From positions 1-40,674 of the IMG/VR virus record IMGVR_UViG_3300031746_000063: a stretch of DNA of 40,674 nucleotides; one strand, 5' to 3'. This DNA comes from a virus. Taxonomy: Duplodnaviria; Caudoviricetes. Shown here one piece after another: positions 23,891 to 34,496 of this stretch. Numbering within the stretch: the stretch's first letter is position 1; each line of letters starts with the position of its first letter. Both the position numbers and the translations under genes were made by a program. The notes beneath the pieces were generated by a model. It was not told where the DNA came from. It worked only from the letters and a program-made list of their open reading frames with translations, and made no database searches.

Positions 23891-26800
23891 GGCATTCCTC
23901 TTATGTTAGCAAACCGAGCAGCAGCTTGAAGCCTCGGCAGTTGTCTGACTTTACCCTCTACGTTTGTTTCTACCCCGACAGCCCGTTCGATTGCGCGTTG
24001 CTTCAAAATGCCTCCCAAATTGCGTATCGCGTAGTCAGGGTTCGCCGTATTGAACGCAGTGATCTGCTGGATATTATCCGCCATTCCTGCTGAGTCCTGT
24101 TTCTCCATTGCATTTGCAAAATGCTCGCGGAGATCCGCCGCCCGCTGCTTGAGTAGCGTAGCCGTAGTATTCACACTGCGTTGCGCTTCGCCCTGTTCAG
24201 CTTTTTGTGTTGGTGTGAAGTTCGCGGCTTGTACAGCAATATCCCACGGAGTTGCATTTATAGGCAGCCTATTGCCGTGGGCGTCGTGGTAGTCATTGCT
24301 AGCGAGGTCCACGGCCTTGACCGGGCCCTTCAGGGCGCTTGGCAGAGCTTTCGCCAAGCCTTTCATGATATCCCCGTTGGCGATGTCATTTACGCCAAGA
24401 GCTATCCCAGCCCCTGCTCCGACTACTGGTCCCATCATCGCAAAAGCCCCTGCGTCAAACCTGTCTTTCAGCTTGCGCCGATCGTTCAGGAATTGGGTAA
24501 ACGGTACGATGTTGGCGAAGTCTAAATGACTGGCAAAGTCCGCGCCGGTCGCCCTTAGCCCTCCGTGAGCAATAATCTCTCCTGCGTCTTTGCCGAAGAT
24601 ATCGGTCAACCAGTTACGATAGTCCGCCACCATATCAACAGGCTGGTCCTTGCTCCCCAGCAGATTGTTGTATGCTGCAGATACCAGCCCGGCGAACGGC
24701 AGACCCAGCGTGCCCGCGAGCGCCGTAGTGGTTGCCATGATCCCGCCCATAGTCTTGAGAGCTTCTGCCCGAGCACCAGGGGAGTCGTTGTTCAAGGCCT
24801 TCATGCCGAGTCGCCCCAGCAATTCCAATGTTTGGATATTGAATTGCATGAACTGTGTCACTAGCGGAGTGTACGGCCCAAAGAACCCGTGCTTGCCTAG
24901 CATGCGCCCTTTGTTGTGAGGGCTGTAATCGAACTGTGTGTCCTTGATGGCTTGAATGCCAAAGTCGATCGCTTTCTGCTGGTCCCCTGTACGCTTCATC
25001 TCCAGATTGAACGCAGCTAGCCCCGTTGTCATGCGATTGACCGCCTCTGAGTAATGCAGCAGAGAACCGCCCAGCTTCGCGGCAGTGTTCACCGTCTGAT
25101 TGCCCCCTTCAGCAACACGCCCTAATTCATGCGCCTGGGTCCACTCGGCCTGCCCCGATGCTACAGCGGCCTTCAGGAATGCCTTTTCTCCGGTAGATGC
25201 CTTGGAGTTGTCGATGCTGATGTCCGCATCCAGAATACCCTTCCACCCCCCGCCTACCCAACCGTCACCGATCGTGTCCTTGATGATATTCCATGAGAGC
25301 TTCGACGCCTTAAACATCTCTTTGGAAGAATTCACGAAGCCGTGTTTAGCTCCCAAATATGGCAACGTAAGCTGCACTGGCTGAAATAAGTTGGAGAGAA
25401 TAAACGCGGGATTACCTGCCAGATAGAACGAGTACCCAAGGGCGCTCGCACCGTCCAGTGCCGGAGAGTTAATCGGGGTCATCTCGTTTGCTTGCCGCTG
25501 GTGTAGTTCATTTAGAATAGCTTGAGCAACGATAGCTTTCTTGTTGTCCTTGTAAGGACCGTCTTGCGCTAACGCTGCGACCCCCTGCCGGAACATACCT
25601 TCAGCAGCCGCCAATTCTGGCCGTACACCGTTATGCGCAACAAAATACGAGGATGACAACGTACGTTTGACGAAGCTGCGCCCCATATCCGCATCATACC
25701 CTGCTACGCCGCCATGTTGCCGCTTAGCAAAGGCTTTGGATGCAGACGTTTCTGGCAACATCTCTATGTACATCCGGCGCAGCGTATCCTTGAATTCCGC
25801 CTGTTGGTCGAGGCTTAGCCGTGTATCTGTGTCGATACGGGCCATCATACTGTGAATGAAGGAAGGTGCTGCTGTGTCTAATTTATTGTAGTTCTTCGCC
25901 AACAACCCGCTCTGCCAGCCAGGTTCAAGATGACCTGCAGCACCCAAGGCTTCTAGCTGCCTTCCCACTGCTGCCTGTTCCCCAATTTTTTCAAACCGCG
26001 CAAACACATGTAGATCGTCCACGCCTACGCGGCGGGTATCAGTCATTCCCGTTGTACCGAACATCTTTTCCGCAGCGGCACGAGCTTCGGGGGTATCTTT
26101 AATTGTGAATCGGGCATAGTAGTCCCCGCTACGTCCGAGATGAAAGTATGGCCCTTGCGTACGCTCTTGGTGGAACGCCAGGGTGGCCCGTGCTGCGGTA
26201 CGAATATCCTCGGCCCCAAGCACAGAAGGAGGACGATCAGTTAACCATTGATATGCAGCTTTTGTTTCAGGACTTAACCCTTTAGTCACATCTATTTTCG
26301 CCAGCAGCGCAGGATCATACCCAGCCAAGTACGCTTGGTTGCGAATGAGCACCGCGTGTTCATTATCGTAGTCCTGCCGGTTGTGCTCGGCTGCGCGATC
26401 GTATACCTCTTTTACCCCCGGAACGTTATAAGCGTCCCTGATGCGGTTGTACGCTCGCCGGTCGGAAGCGTCCAGCCGGGGCTGCTCCTCGAAAGGAATG
26501 CGCGGGTCGATGCTAAGGCGAGTTGATTCCCCCATAGCCCGATAAAGCGCATCCTCCGCCTTGGGGTCGAGGGTTCGCATCGCTTCATAGACTTTACCCC
26601 CTGCATGGTTGCGCTCCTTGATCATGGCTGCTACAGAATCTTTCGCCGCGATGTAGTTATGCAGTGCGGGTGCCCACGGTTCCGGCAGAATACCAGCGAA
26701 TACTTGCTTGATGTGATTCAGCGAAGTCCAAGCCAGATGCTGAGCTGTGACGATTGCGCTACCTTTCTGCGCCAAATTATCTACAAACGCGCTGACACCA

Positions 26801-29800
26801 GAAACTATCTGATCTGTCTGTTCGGCTGCGTCCCTTGGGGAACGCTCGAAGCGATTAAGAGACGGCCCCGGCGCGGGTTTTTCCCCACTCATGAAAGACT
26901 TCGACAACGCAAGGGCTTTGTCTAGCACATCGGGACTCGTTTTTAGCCCGAGCGTGTTCTTGATGAAATCAATGAACCGCGTCCACAACGACTTGTCCGT
27001 ACGAAGAAAATCTTGTAGAGCTTTGTTACTTAGTACTTCCGCAACAAACTCAGAAAGATGATTCCGCTCGGCGTTCAATCCGTAATGATCTTCCCCAGCA
27101 GTACGCGCACGATCACGGGCTTCCTGATATATATCCATCAGATCGCGGAGATTGCGCACCTGTTTCATATCGGCAGCCGACAAAGAATGTGGATCAACCG
27201 AGCCCTCCAGAATACCTAATTGCTGGGTAATCGCTCGTTGGAGTTTTGCTTCCGCAGCCGCGTGCACCAGTTCGTGCACAATCGTTTCCGCATCCATACC
27301 CCCCTTACCGATAAGTATATGGTCGAAGTTGGGGCTGTACATCCCCGCTTTGGATTCTCCGTTTGAGCCTAAAAAGTCGCGGTTCGTACGGCTAATTGTG
27401 GTGCTCAACGATAAAGCCCGCAAATCCGCGATGGTACGTTTCAATTCCGGGGCAGTCACTAAAGGCTGCAGTTTTTGCAGCACTTGATCTGCAGAAAGAT
27501 ACCCCTCACTTGCTAAAGGAAGCACAGCAGCCCCTAGATAGCCGCCCCCACTGCGCTCCTTATTTAGAATGTTACTGCTAGTACTATCATACGTTCCTTT
27601 ATTCCCCACGGATGATTTAATGTTTTTTGGATCGAACACTACCCATGCACCCCCGTATTGCATGCCATCATGCCCTGCCATTTGCGCCAGCCCGAATAAA
27701 CCCGTCTGAAAACGCCGTAACGCTCCAAACCCCTGCATGTCCGCTGCTTTATTCTGCGCAATGTCTGCCGCCGTCATGACATATGGGTTCTCGATTTTCA
27801 AATACGCGGGCACCACACGCGCATTCTCTACGCCCTCCATTGTGGCGTAACTGCTCGCATCCACAGGATCTTCTGTGAAGAAAATACCGCGAGGGCTACG
27901 TTTGAAGGTAGCAAAATCTGATTTTGTGTCCGTGCCGTGGTACATCACTACAGGTTCCCCTGAAGCATCCACAACTTTGCTGCCGCCAAACCACTTTATA
28001 AACGCTTGGTCTGTTTTACCCGCCTTGTCGAGCCCAAACCCACCTTCAGCGATTATGTTCTCCACTTCAGCGTCACTGAATATCTTCTTAGCCTTTTCGG
28101 GTTGCATTTCCGATAGGGATTCGGCCAGGGCCAAACTCTGCAAACGTGCATCACGTTCGACGCGCATCTGCTCGTACAGTTTGTCCTGTGCTTGATACCG
28201 TTCGTCCTTCTGTAGCGCCAGGCCCATCTGCTCGTCGGTGAACTTGCCGTTCTCCAATAACTCCTTACCGATCTTGGATTCGGGGTTGCGTAGCGCCCAT
28301 GCGAGATCCTGCCACCATTGCTTTTCGGCAAAAATATCACGACTATTACGGCTCCAATCAGCAAGAGTGCGCGTGTAAGGCACCAACTCGCTGACTTCCG
28401 TAGGAGGTCCAATCGTGTGCCGATCATCAGTGCTGCCTTCTGGCCGACCTATGGTTTTTTTACCATTCCCTTTTGCTGGGGCTTCTTGGCCGGCAACGAC
28501 TTCGGGTTTGGCGTTTCCTTCGCCCACCGCTGCGCTATTTTCGGGTGCTGGGCGAACAACAGCCGCTGCTGCGATTTGCTCTGAAAGGGCATTTTCGACT
28601 CCTTTAGGATTCAGCTTTTCGTGCAGCTTATCCAGCAGCTCATAAGATATCGTGTTGGTTTTCTTACTATCCCTTAATTCTCGCAGAGCTTGCATCTGCG
28701 CATCGTAGGATTCTTTGCCAGCTACCGCTTTGGTTACTTCCTGCACGATCTTGGGCGGCAGATTTTTCATCTCGTCGGGCTTCGTCGCCCGCAGCTCGGT
28801 GATGATCTCGGCAGGACGACTCGGCAACACTTGCGCATCAGGGGGGACCATGCCTTTCTCGGCAGCATCCGCCAACTCCGCCCCCCTGGTCCGGTTCTGA
28901 ATGGCGATTGTCTGTTCCGCCCTGATACGCTCTAACTCTCGTTCCCGTTGCGTGTGTGCGAGTCCTGTCTCCTTGCGCTTCTGCGCATCCTGTAACGCAA
29001 GTTCAAGCGCAGTCGGCTCCCGCATCACAGCATTGGTGTTGTCAACAAGAGGCTTGTTCCCTTGGTTAAGCACCGGCTCTGCCGCCAAGTCATGCCCCTT
29101 CTGGATGTTTTGCTCCATCACATGCGCTTGGTATGTTTTCCACATACCCTCGTAATACGCAGGAGTCAAATTATCAGGAGTCATTCCTGCTTTCTTCGCT
29201 TCCGTCCTCATGAACTTTTTGAACGCGGCAAAAGGCATGGCTTCGGAGGGTGTAATGCCCGCACTCTTTAGTTCCGCAACAATTTGATCGTGCGCATGCA
29301 CGTACTGTTCCTGATTATCTTCTGCTTGCTTCTTCTGGATCGCCTGCTCCACGACAGAAGCACGGCTAAGAGCTTGCGTTTCCAAGTGCCCTGTAGCATC
29401 CCCTGTTGGGGGCACAGCCGTCGCCGGGGCCATCTCCAAATTATCGCCCTTCGCTAAAGCATCTTTCCGGGCCTTCTCCTGCGGACTTATTACCGCTCCT
29501 TCTTGGAACAGCCCGTTGTCCACTTGCAACGGTATTTTGTGTTTGATAGCCGTCTCGGCATTCAGGATGAAAGCCTGTGCGGCTTGAGGATCTACTTTAT
29601 TCAGCTCCTTGTAGTACTGCATGGCGAGCTGATCTCGCAGAATTGGGTGCGTGTCTTTATTCGCCAGCGCCTCCGCCCGTGAATGTAACGACGCGGCTCG
29701 TACCGCACGCCCTGCCAGCCCGAACGGAGACATAACTGCCGTAAGTCCCAGCATACCGGGGATCGACTCCCCCGCTGCTTCCGAGGGGCTCCGTGTGTCA

Positions 29801-30585
29801 ATCCCGGCAGAACGCTCAATAGCGGCAGACCCTGCAGCCTGCGCCGCCCCTAGTGCTGTCGCTTCTGCTGCCGACTCAGGGAGTTGCTTCAGGAAAGGTT
29901 TGATAACCCCTCCAGATCCCACCAGCTCGGCCATAGTACGCTCGGCCAGCGGTGCGGCTTCCTTACTCACCAAGTTGCCGATTGCAGAAGCCGAGCGCCC
30001 GAGCATCTGTCCACCGACCATGCCCACGCCAAACTGTGTTCCAAACGTCAGCCCTGCATTCATGCGGGCTGCGCTCTTCACCGTATCTTCTGGAATGTTC
30101 CCGACCTTCCGGCCTTTTTCGAGGGTTTCTTGTCCTGCCTGCATGGCAAAGGGAGCCGCTACACCCGCCGCTGTGACCGCCGTAGCCGCCAAGGTAGGCA
30201 AAGATACCGGCGCAGCCGCGATAGCGCCTGCAACCGCTGCCGCAGGGGCCACAACTGAAGGAACCATCTGTGCTCCAGCCGCCAACGCGTTTACGACCGC
30301 GCCGTGCTGTTCTGGCTGCAGAACATTACCTGGCTGCATACCGCGAGCTTCCGCAGACTTTACGATGTCTGCCCCAAAGTCGTGAATAACCCCGCCCGCA
30401 TCGCCTGTGTATTGCAGCCCCTTACCTACCATTGTGGGTAGATCGACAAGGGCCCCGCGTTTCAGAGCAGTGCCAAGCTCACCAAAAACGCCACGTGGTG
30501 CGCCTAAGTTGGGATCATCGAACGGATTTTTGGTAACAAGATCCGCCCCCAACTTCGGGTCATCAAAAGGATTTGTATCACCCAT
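23887..30585 (-). CDS. Large internal virion (ejection) polyvalent protein with ART-like, Zn-metallopeptidase-like and PLxRFG-like domains
   Basis: 2232 aa. FIKWFGGSKVVD...YHGT...GIFFT...YLKIENP (ART-PolyVal-like), HELVH...EFVAE (MPTase-like), YFHLGRSGDYY (PLxRFG-like). Confidence 0.88.
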   Translation of the reverse strand: MGDTNPFDDPKLGADLVTKNPFDDPNLGAPRGVFGELGTALKRGALVDLPTMVGKGLQYTGDAGGVIHDFGADIVKSAEARGMQPGNVLQPEQHGAVVNALAAGAQMVPSVVAPAAAVAGAIAAAPVSLPTLAATAVTAAGVAAPFAMQAGQETLEKGRKVGNIPEDTVKSAARMNAGLTFGTQFGVGMVGGQMLGRSASAIGNLVSKEAAPLAERTMAELVGSGGVIKPFLKQLPESAAEATALGAAQAAGSAAIERSAGIDTRSPSEAAGESIPGMLGLTAVMSPFGLAGRAVRAASLHSRAEALANKDTHPILRDQLAMQYYKELNKVDPQAAQAFILNAETAIKHKIPLQVDNGLFQEGAVISPQEKARKDALAKGDNLEMAPATAVPPTGDATGHLETQALSRASVVEQAIQKKQAEDNQEQYVHAHDQIVAELKSAGITPSEAMPFAAFKKFMRTEAKKAGMTPDNLTPAYYEGMWKTYQAHVMEQNIQKGHDLAAEPVLNQGNKPLVDNTNAVMREPTALELALQDAQKRKETGLAHTQRERELERIRAEQTIAIQNRTRGAELADAAEKGMVPPDAQVLPSRPAEIITELRATKPDEMKNLPPKIVQEVTKAVAGKESYDAQMQALRELRDSKKTNTISYELLDKLHEKLNPKGVENALSEQIAAAAVVRPAPENSAAVGEGNAKPEVVAGQEAPAKGNGKKTIGRPEGSTDDRHTIGPPTEVSELVPYTRTLADWSRNSRDIFAEKQWWQDLAWALRNPESKIGKELLENGKFTDEQMGLALQKDERYQAQDKLYEQMRVERDARLQSLALAESLSEMQPEKAKKIFSDAEVENIIAEGGFGLDKAGKTDQAFIKWFGGSKVVDASGEPVVMYHGTDTKSDFATFKRSPRGIFFTEDPVDASSYATMEGVENARVVPAYLKIENPYVMTAADIAQNKAADMQGFGALRRFQTGLFGLAQMAGHDGMQYGGAWVVFDPKNIKSSVGNKGTYDSTSSNILNKERSGGGYLGAAVLPLASEGYLSADQVLQKLQPLVTAPELKRTIADLRALSLSTTISRTNRDFLGSNGESKAGMYSPNFDHILIGKGGMDAETIVHELVHAAAEAKLQRAITQQLGILEGSVDPHSLSAADMKQVRNLRDLMDIYQEARDRARTAGEDHYGLNAERNHLSEFVAEVLSNKALQDFLRTDKSLWTRFIDFIKNTLGLKTSPDVLDKALALSKSFMSGEKPAPGPSLNRFERSPRDAAEQTDQIVSGVSAFVDNLAQKGSAIVTAQHLAWTSLNHIKQVFAGILPEPWAPALHNYIAAKDSVAAMIKERNHAGGKVYEAMRTLDPKAEDALYRAMGESTRLSIDPRIPFEEQPRLDASDRRAYNRIRDAYNVPGVKEVYDRAAEHNRQDYDNEHAVLIRNQAYLAGYDPALLAKIDVTKGLSPETKAAYQWLTDRPPSVLGAEDIRTAARATLAFHQERTQGPYFHLGRSGDYYARFTIKDTPEARAAAEKMFGTTGMTDTRRVGVDDLHVFARFEKIGEQAAVGRQLEALGAAGHLEPGWQSGLLAKNYNKLDTAAPSFIHSMMARIDTDTRLSLDQQAEFKDTLRRMYIEMLPETSASKAFAKRQHGGVAGYDADMGRSFVKRTLSSSYFVAHNGVRPELAAAEGMFRQGVAALAQDGPYKDNKKAIVAQAILNELHQRQANEMTPINSPALDGASALGYSFYLAGNPAFILSNLFQPVQLTLPYLGAKHGFVNSSKEMFKASKLSWNIIKDTIGDGWVGGGWKGILDADISIDNSKASTGEKAFLKAAVASGQAEWTQAHELGRVAEGGNQTVNTAAKLGGSLLHYSEAVNRMTTGLAAFNLEMKRTGDQQKAIDFGIQAIKDTQFDYSPHNKGRMLGKHGFFGPYTPLVTQFMQFNIQTLELLGRLGMKALNNDSPGARAEALKTMGGIMATTTALAGTLGLPFAGLVSAAYNNLLGSKDQPVDMVADYRNWLTDIFGKDAGEIIAHGGLRATGADFASHLDFANIVPFTQFLNDRRKLKDRFDAGAFAMMGPVVGAGAGIALGVNDIANGDIMKGLAKALPSALKGPVKAVDLASNDYHDAHGNRLPINATPWDIAVQAANFTPTQKAEQGEAQRSVNTTATLLKQRAADLREHFANAMEKQDSAGMADNIQQITAFNTANPDYAIRNLGGILKQRAIERAVGVETNVEGKVRQLPRLQAAARFANIRGMP

Positions 30586-31629
30586 TTATTTTCCGAGAAT
30601 CTTCTTAGACGAACCGTCACCATACGTTCTGTCGAATTGCGCGGCAAATTCGGGGTGATTGCGCAAGTACTCCACATGCCCCGGCAAAGGAGCAGTGGTA
30701 GCCTTCTCGTACAGCTTGCCATCATTGGTGTACGCCCGAGGAACTCCATTATCGTCCAGACGCAGCATGCCCTGAATCGGAATCATCGGCGCGAAGGGGC
30801 GGGTTGCGGGATCGGGGTTGACAATCGTATCCACGATTGTCGGTGTGCCCATCTTACGGATATTTTCTGACGCCATCTGCGCATTGATCATGCTCGCGCC
30901 CGCCGCCGTCTGCGCTCCTGCAAGATGCGCTCCGGCTGCCAGTTGCGCTGCCTGTACGTGTGCCGCATTCGCGGCTGCTCCCGTCACCCCTTGACTCTGC
31001 AATGTGGCGAAATTATTCTGTCCTGACAATCCAGGCAGGGCATGCAGAAACTGCGCCAGAGCATAGCCCGCATTGTCTCCTGACGGAGAAGCCATGCGTG
31101 CATAATATAAAGCATCCCTCGCTACTGCATTTCGTTGCTGTGCCGCATACGCGGTTTGTTGATCTATCCCCGTTACAATCGGGTTCTGCATTTGGGGCAG
31201 AGCCCCTGTCGGCCCTGCCGCCCTGATCGGTTCCTGTGTTGCCGGAGCAGAGTACGCAGGCAACATTTTGGTAGGCATAGCTACTGGCGCAGCTACTGGC
31301 GCAGCTACTGGCGCAGCTACTGGCGCAGCTACCGGCGCAGCTACCGGCGCAGCTACTGGCGCATCAGGTGCTCCGAAGGCTAAAGCACGGGCAAAGTCTC
31401 CAACCTGGTGAACGGCAGGCATCACCGTATCCTGAAACTCGCCGGACACATACGCAGGAATCGAAGCAAGCGCCCCGCGAGTAGCAATGCCGAGTTTGCC
31501 GCCCGCCGTAGGGGCTTCCGCAATATCTTTGGTAGCACCCGAAGCCACCGCTGCCAAATTAGCACGGGCCGTACCTGAAGGGGGTGCAATGGGCGAGAAG
31601 GGGGAAAAATAAGGGAGCATAGCGGCCAT
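30586..31629 (-). CDS. Internal virion (ejection) protein
   Basis: Ala/Gln-rich, adjacent to the giant ejection protein. C-terminal YLRNHP...FDRTYG...ILG. Confidence 0.7.
   Translation of the reverse strand: MAAMLPYFSPFSPIAPPSGTARANLAAVASGATKDIAEAPTAGGKLGIATRGALASIPAYVSGEFQDTVMPAVHQVGDFARALAFGAPDAPVAAPVAAPVAAPVAAPVAAPVAAPVAMPTKMLPAYSAPATQEPIRAAGPTGALPQMQNPIVTGIDQQTAYAAQQRNAVARDALYYARMASPSGDNAGYALAQFLHALPGLSGQNNFATLQSQGVTGAAANAAHVQAAQLAAGAHLAGAQTAAGASMINAQMASENIRKMGTPTIVDTIVNPDPATRPFAPMIPIQGMLRLDDNGVPRAYTNDGKLYEKATTAPLPGHVEYLRNHPEFAAQFDRTYGDGSSKKILGK
31279..31362. repeat. Tandem repeat, 7 x 12 bp AGCTACYGGCGC (APVA peptide repeat)
   Basis: Units start at 31279, 31291, 31303, 31315, 31327, 31339 and 31351. 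Confidence 0.95.
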
Positions 31630-31640
31630 GATGGTTTCCT

Positions 31641-32747
31641 TTACGACAGCGGGGTGTACGAATAGACTGCTTGTCCAGTGTACCCGACACTCTCAGATAC
31701 AGACGCCTGTGAAGAAGCACTGGTCGTCGCAGCATTAGACGACGAATCGTGAAGCCCTCCGGAAAGATTAACAGCAGAGAGTGCTGCAGCAGCAAGCTGC
31801 GCTGAAATCTGTGCCCCCGCCTTTGCATCTTCCACCAGTAGCTGCACCTTTTGAATCATAGCTTGCAAGTTAGTCTTTGCGGTTTCGAGCCGCAGATTCG
31901 CTTCTGCAATCAGGCGGTCAATTTCTGCCCGATGCAAAGACACTTCCGCATTGATACGCGTCCCATATGCCAAAACGTCAGCGTTGTACGCAGCCAATTT
32001 AGCCTGGAAAATGTCAATCAAGTAGGATTGTAAATACTTCGCGTGTTCCAGCAGACGTTTTTGCCGATCAGAACGGTACTGCATCAACCCTTGCTCCACC
32101 TTCCACGCTAGGTCGAGGGCAAACCGACGATTGGATTGCTCCAGATCCGCCTGTTTGATAGCGATATCCCGAGACGCCGAGATGATATTATCCTGGGCTT
32201 GCTGCTCTGCTTCTAGTAGCTGCACGGCAAAAGCCCCAGGGGGCTTTATAAACCCGCGCACAGCAAACTGCTTGACGACTTCCACTTTCTTTTTGTTCGA
32301 CGCAACTATTTCCCGTGCTTGCTCGCGGCTCCAAATCGCTGCCTCGACAGTTGGGCTTATCCCGGTGGATGCCCCTCCTACCCACAGTTTGAGTAAGTCC
32401 GTAACGGAAGTAAGCAGGAGCGAAGAATAATCGGAACCCTCCGCGTAGAAGTACACATCTGAGGGATTCGCAGGGAGTTCACCTAGCAACAGATCAAATT
32501 TTTCCAGATTCAGCGAAACGCTGGCGAGATTCGTATTTATGTAAGGAATCGCAGCGATATTCTCCGATAGAGACTGTAGTACATGCAAAAAATCAAGCGC
32601 CTCTTGATATGCCTGTCTTGCATACGCCTGTGCACTACTCCACCCCGCAACAACTAAGCCTTGCGTAGCATCCGGGATAGTCGGAGCAACAGCTTGAGTG
32701 GTAATCAGTGTTACGCTACCGACATCTGTGTTGGCAGTCAGAGCCAT
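31641..32747 (-). CDS. Helical internal virion/ejection protein
   Basis: AAGGAG RBS. Helical, with a RGF..PPG motif and a Ser-rich C-terminus. Confidence 0.75.
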   Translation of the reverse strand: MALTANTDVGSVTLITTQAVAPTIPDATQGLVVAGWSSAQAYARQAYQEALDFLHVLQSLSENIAAIPYINTNLASVSLNLEKFDLLLGELPANPSDVYFYAEGSDYSSLLLTSVTDLLKLWVGGASTGISPTVEAAIWSREQAREIVASNKKKVEVVKQFAVRGFIKPPGAFAVQLLEAEQQAQDNIISASRDIAIKQADLEQSNRRFALDLAWKVEQGLMQYRSDRQKRLLEHAKYLQSYLIDIFQAKLAAYNADVLAYGTRINAEVSLHRAEIDRLIAEANLRLETAKTNLQAMIQKVQLLVEDAKAGAQISAQLAAAALSAVNLSGGLHDSSSNAATTSASSQASVSESVGYTGQAVYSYTPLS

Positions 32748-32777
32748 GTTTTACTCCTTGCTTTCTGCTAGTTTACC

Positions 32778-34496
32778 CTAGTGTGAATAGTTCTGATGCC
32801 CTAGATAGCCCGTCACTGGAACGGGGGTGTTAGGAACAGCAGGGAGCCCTTTGTAGCTGAATGTTTTACTCCCTGAAGGATCTGCTACCCCGTTAATAAC
32901 TGACTGCCCCGCCGCCGGAGATATCTGGTAGCTACTGTACGGTTGCGGAAAATAAAAATCCTTCCCGATTTTTTGCGACACTGGATACGTAGGCAGGGTA
33001 ACGGCGGAGGGATATACATCTCCCGTCATAGTAGTTAGTGCAAACGTCCCGTCATCTTTCATGTACCCAATGTGCGCACTGTCAAGCGCGGTGATCCCAC
33101 GAACAACAGCAGCATTTCCACTAGCCGAAGTAGCTACTCTACTGGCATGGCGTGGGTTAACCCCTGCGGCAGCGACCATCGTCCCCGTGTAGCTCACATT
33201 AGTTTCCCCCGACCGATACTGAAAGTAATCTATCCGCCGAAGTACAGACGAAGCCGGATCTCGCGTCTGAATCACGAAAGAGTACTTGGTGCCATCAGCA
33301 GAAACATTAAGCCGCGACTGTTCGTACATTTGAGGTATACCAACAGTCAGCCCCGAATCAATTCCAAACGTCCATGCAATAGCACCATTCAGGAACAAAG
33401 TAACCCGCCCCGTCCTGATAGAATCTGCTGGATTTTCGGAAAGCCACACTACCAATGAGTACACAGAATCGCTCCCTGCATACACGAAGTCCATAAATAC
33501 TGGAAGCAAAAGAGGGTAAGGGTCCAGGAAGAAACCCGGAGTGGTCACATCCAAGTTCTGCCGAAAAGAGATGTCCCCGGTCGTCAGCGAAACAGATATA
33601 ACCCACTGCTCAAACCCCACATTATTGCTATCCGCCTCTAGCAACACAGAGTGCATGTCTGGAGCGATGTGGTAGCTACGGACGTTAGAATTGAATGCGG
33701 TAGCAAAAGGCAGTACCACAAACTCGAAAGGGTCCACGTGCCCTGACACATAATTGGAAACCCCAGCAATAAACGTAGTACGGTATTGTTCAGTGATGCT
33801 CATTACTCCAGCTACTTCAGCTATCGCCACGCGAATAATTACCGGAGTCCCGTTCAATACGATGACTGCTTCTGTACCGTCATTGGAGAAAAAAGTATTG
33901 ACGGCTTGCGCCCCGATAAAAGTCCCCGTGTACAAATAGGAGTACTCCGCCACGATCACATCTTTGGACATTACCCTCATTACATAGGGAGTTACACTCG
34001 GATTTGCAATAGTCCCGCTTGTAAACTCAAAAAGCCGTGTGGCATCTTGATTCACGAAGGAGCCTGCCTGTGCAAGAATACTAGCAGGAGGCGCAGCGGA
34101 ATCGTACGTTATGTCGCGCAACGTATCAACTACGCCTCCGGAAAAAGCGAGTACCCGCGCCAGCAGGCGTACTATAGTGCCTGATACGGCGGTGGTTGTG
34201 TACGTCCAAACGGCAGCAGGGTCGATAGGAATCTCAGGAGAAATCAGCCGCTCGGGGGGCGCAAGCGCGGGGGCGCGCAAGGGGGGTTCTATCTGGATAG
34301 TGTCCTGCCCGAACACAGACTGAACCTGTATGATCGTACCATCAGGCAACGCAATCTGTCGTGAAAGAACCTGTAACCCGGCAAACGCCATCCGGTTCTT
34401 CAAGATGCCTAATTGCACACGCGCCAAACCTGTATAGTCGGTCGCTGCTTCTAAATCTCCTTCAGCCCGCTTCCTGATAGGTCCGGTTTCACGCAT
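32778..34496 (-). CDS. Tail-associated protein with short N-terminal anchor and beta-rich body (receptor-binding candidate)
   Basis: ATG at 34496 overlaps the upstream stop. N-terminal ARVQLGILKNRM...LPDG..I.V...GQD.I.I, a Pro linker, then aromatic beta-rich sequence. Confidence 0.75.
   Translation of the reverse strand: MRETGPIRKRAEGDLEAATDYTGLARVQLGILKNRMAFAGLQVLSRQIALPDGTIIQVQSVFGQDTIQIEPPLRAPALAPPERLISPEIPIDPAAVWTYTTTAVSGTIVRLLARVLAFSGGVVDTLRDITYDSAAPPASILAQAGSFVNQDATRLFEFTSGTIANPSVTPYVMRVMSKDVIVAEYSYLYTGTFIGAQAVNTFFSNDGTEAVIVLNGTPVIIRVAIAEVAGVMSITEQYRTTFIAGVSNYVSGHVDPFEFVVLPFATAFNSNVRSYHIAPDMHSVLLEADSNNVGFEQWVISVSLTTGDISFRQNLDVTTPGFFLDPYPLLLPVFMDFVYAGSDSVYSLVVWLSENPADSIRTGRVTLFLNGAIAWTFGIDSGLTVGIPQMYEQSRLNVSADGTKYSFVIQTRDPASSVLRRIDYFQYRSGETNVSYTGTMVAAAGVNPRHASRVATSASGNAAVVRGITALDSAHIGYMKDDGTFALTTMTGDVYPSAVTLPTYPVSQKIGKDFYFPQPYSSYQISPAAGQSVINGVADPSGSKTFSYKGLPAVPNTPVPVTGYLGHQNYSH

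Noticed and set aside
19565-34496. Diversity-generating retroelement targeting tail genes
   Set aside because: No reverse transcriptase and no template/variable repeat pair differing at adenines was seen. The dockerin modules are diverged throughout.
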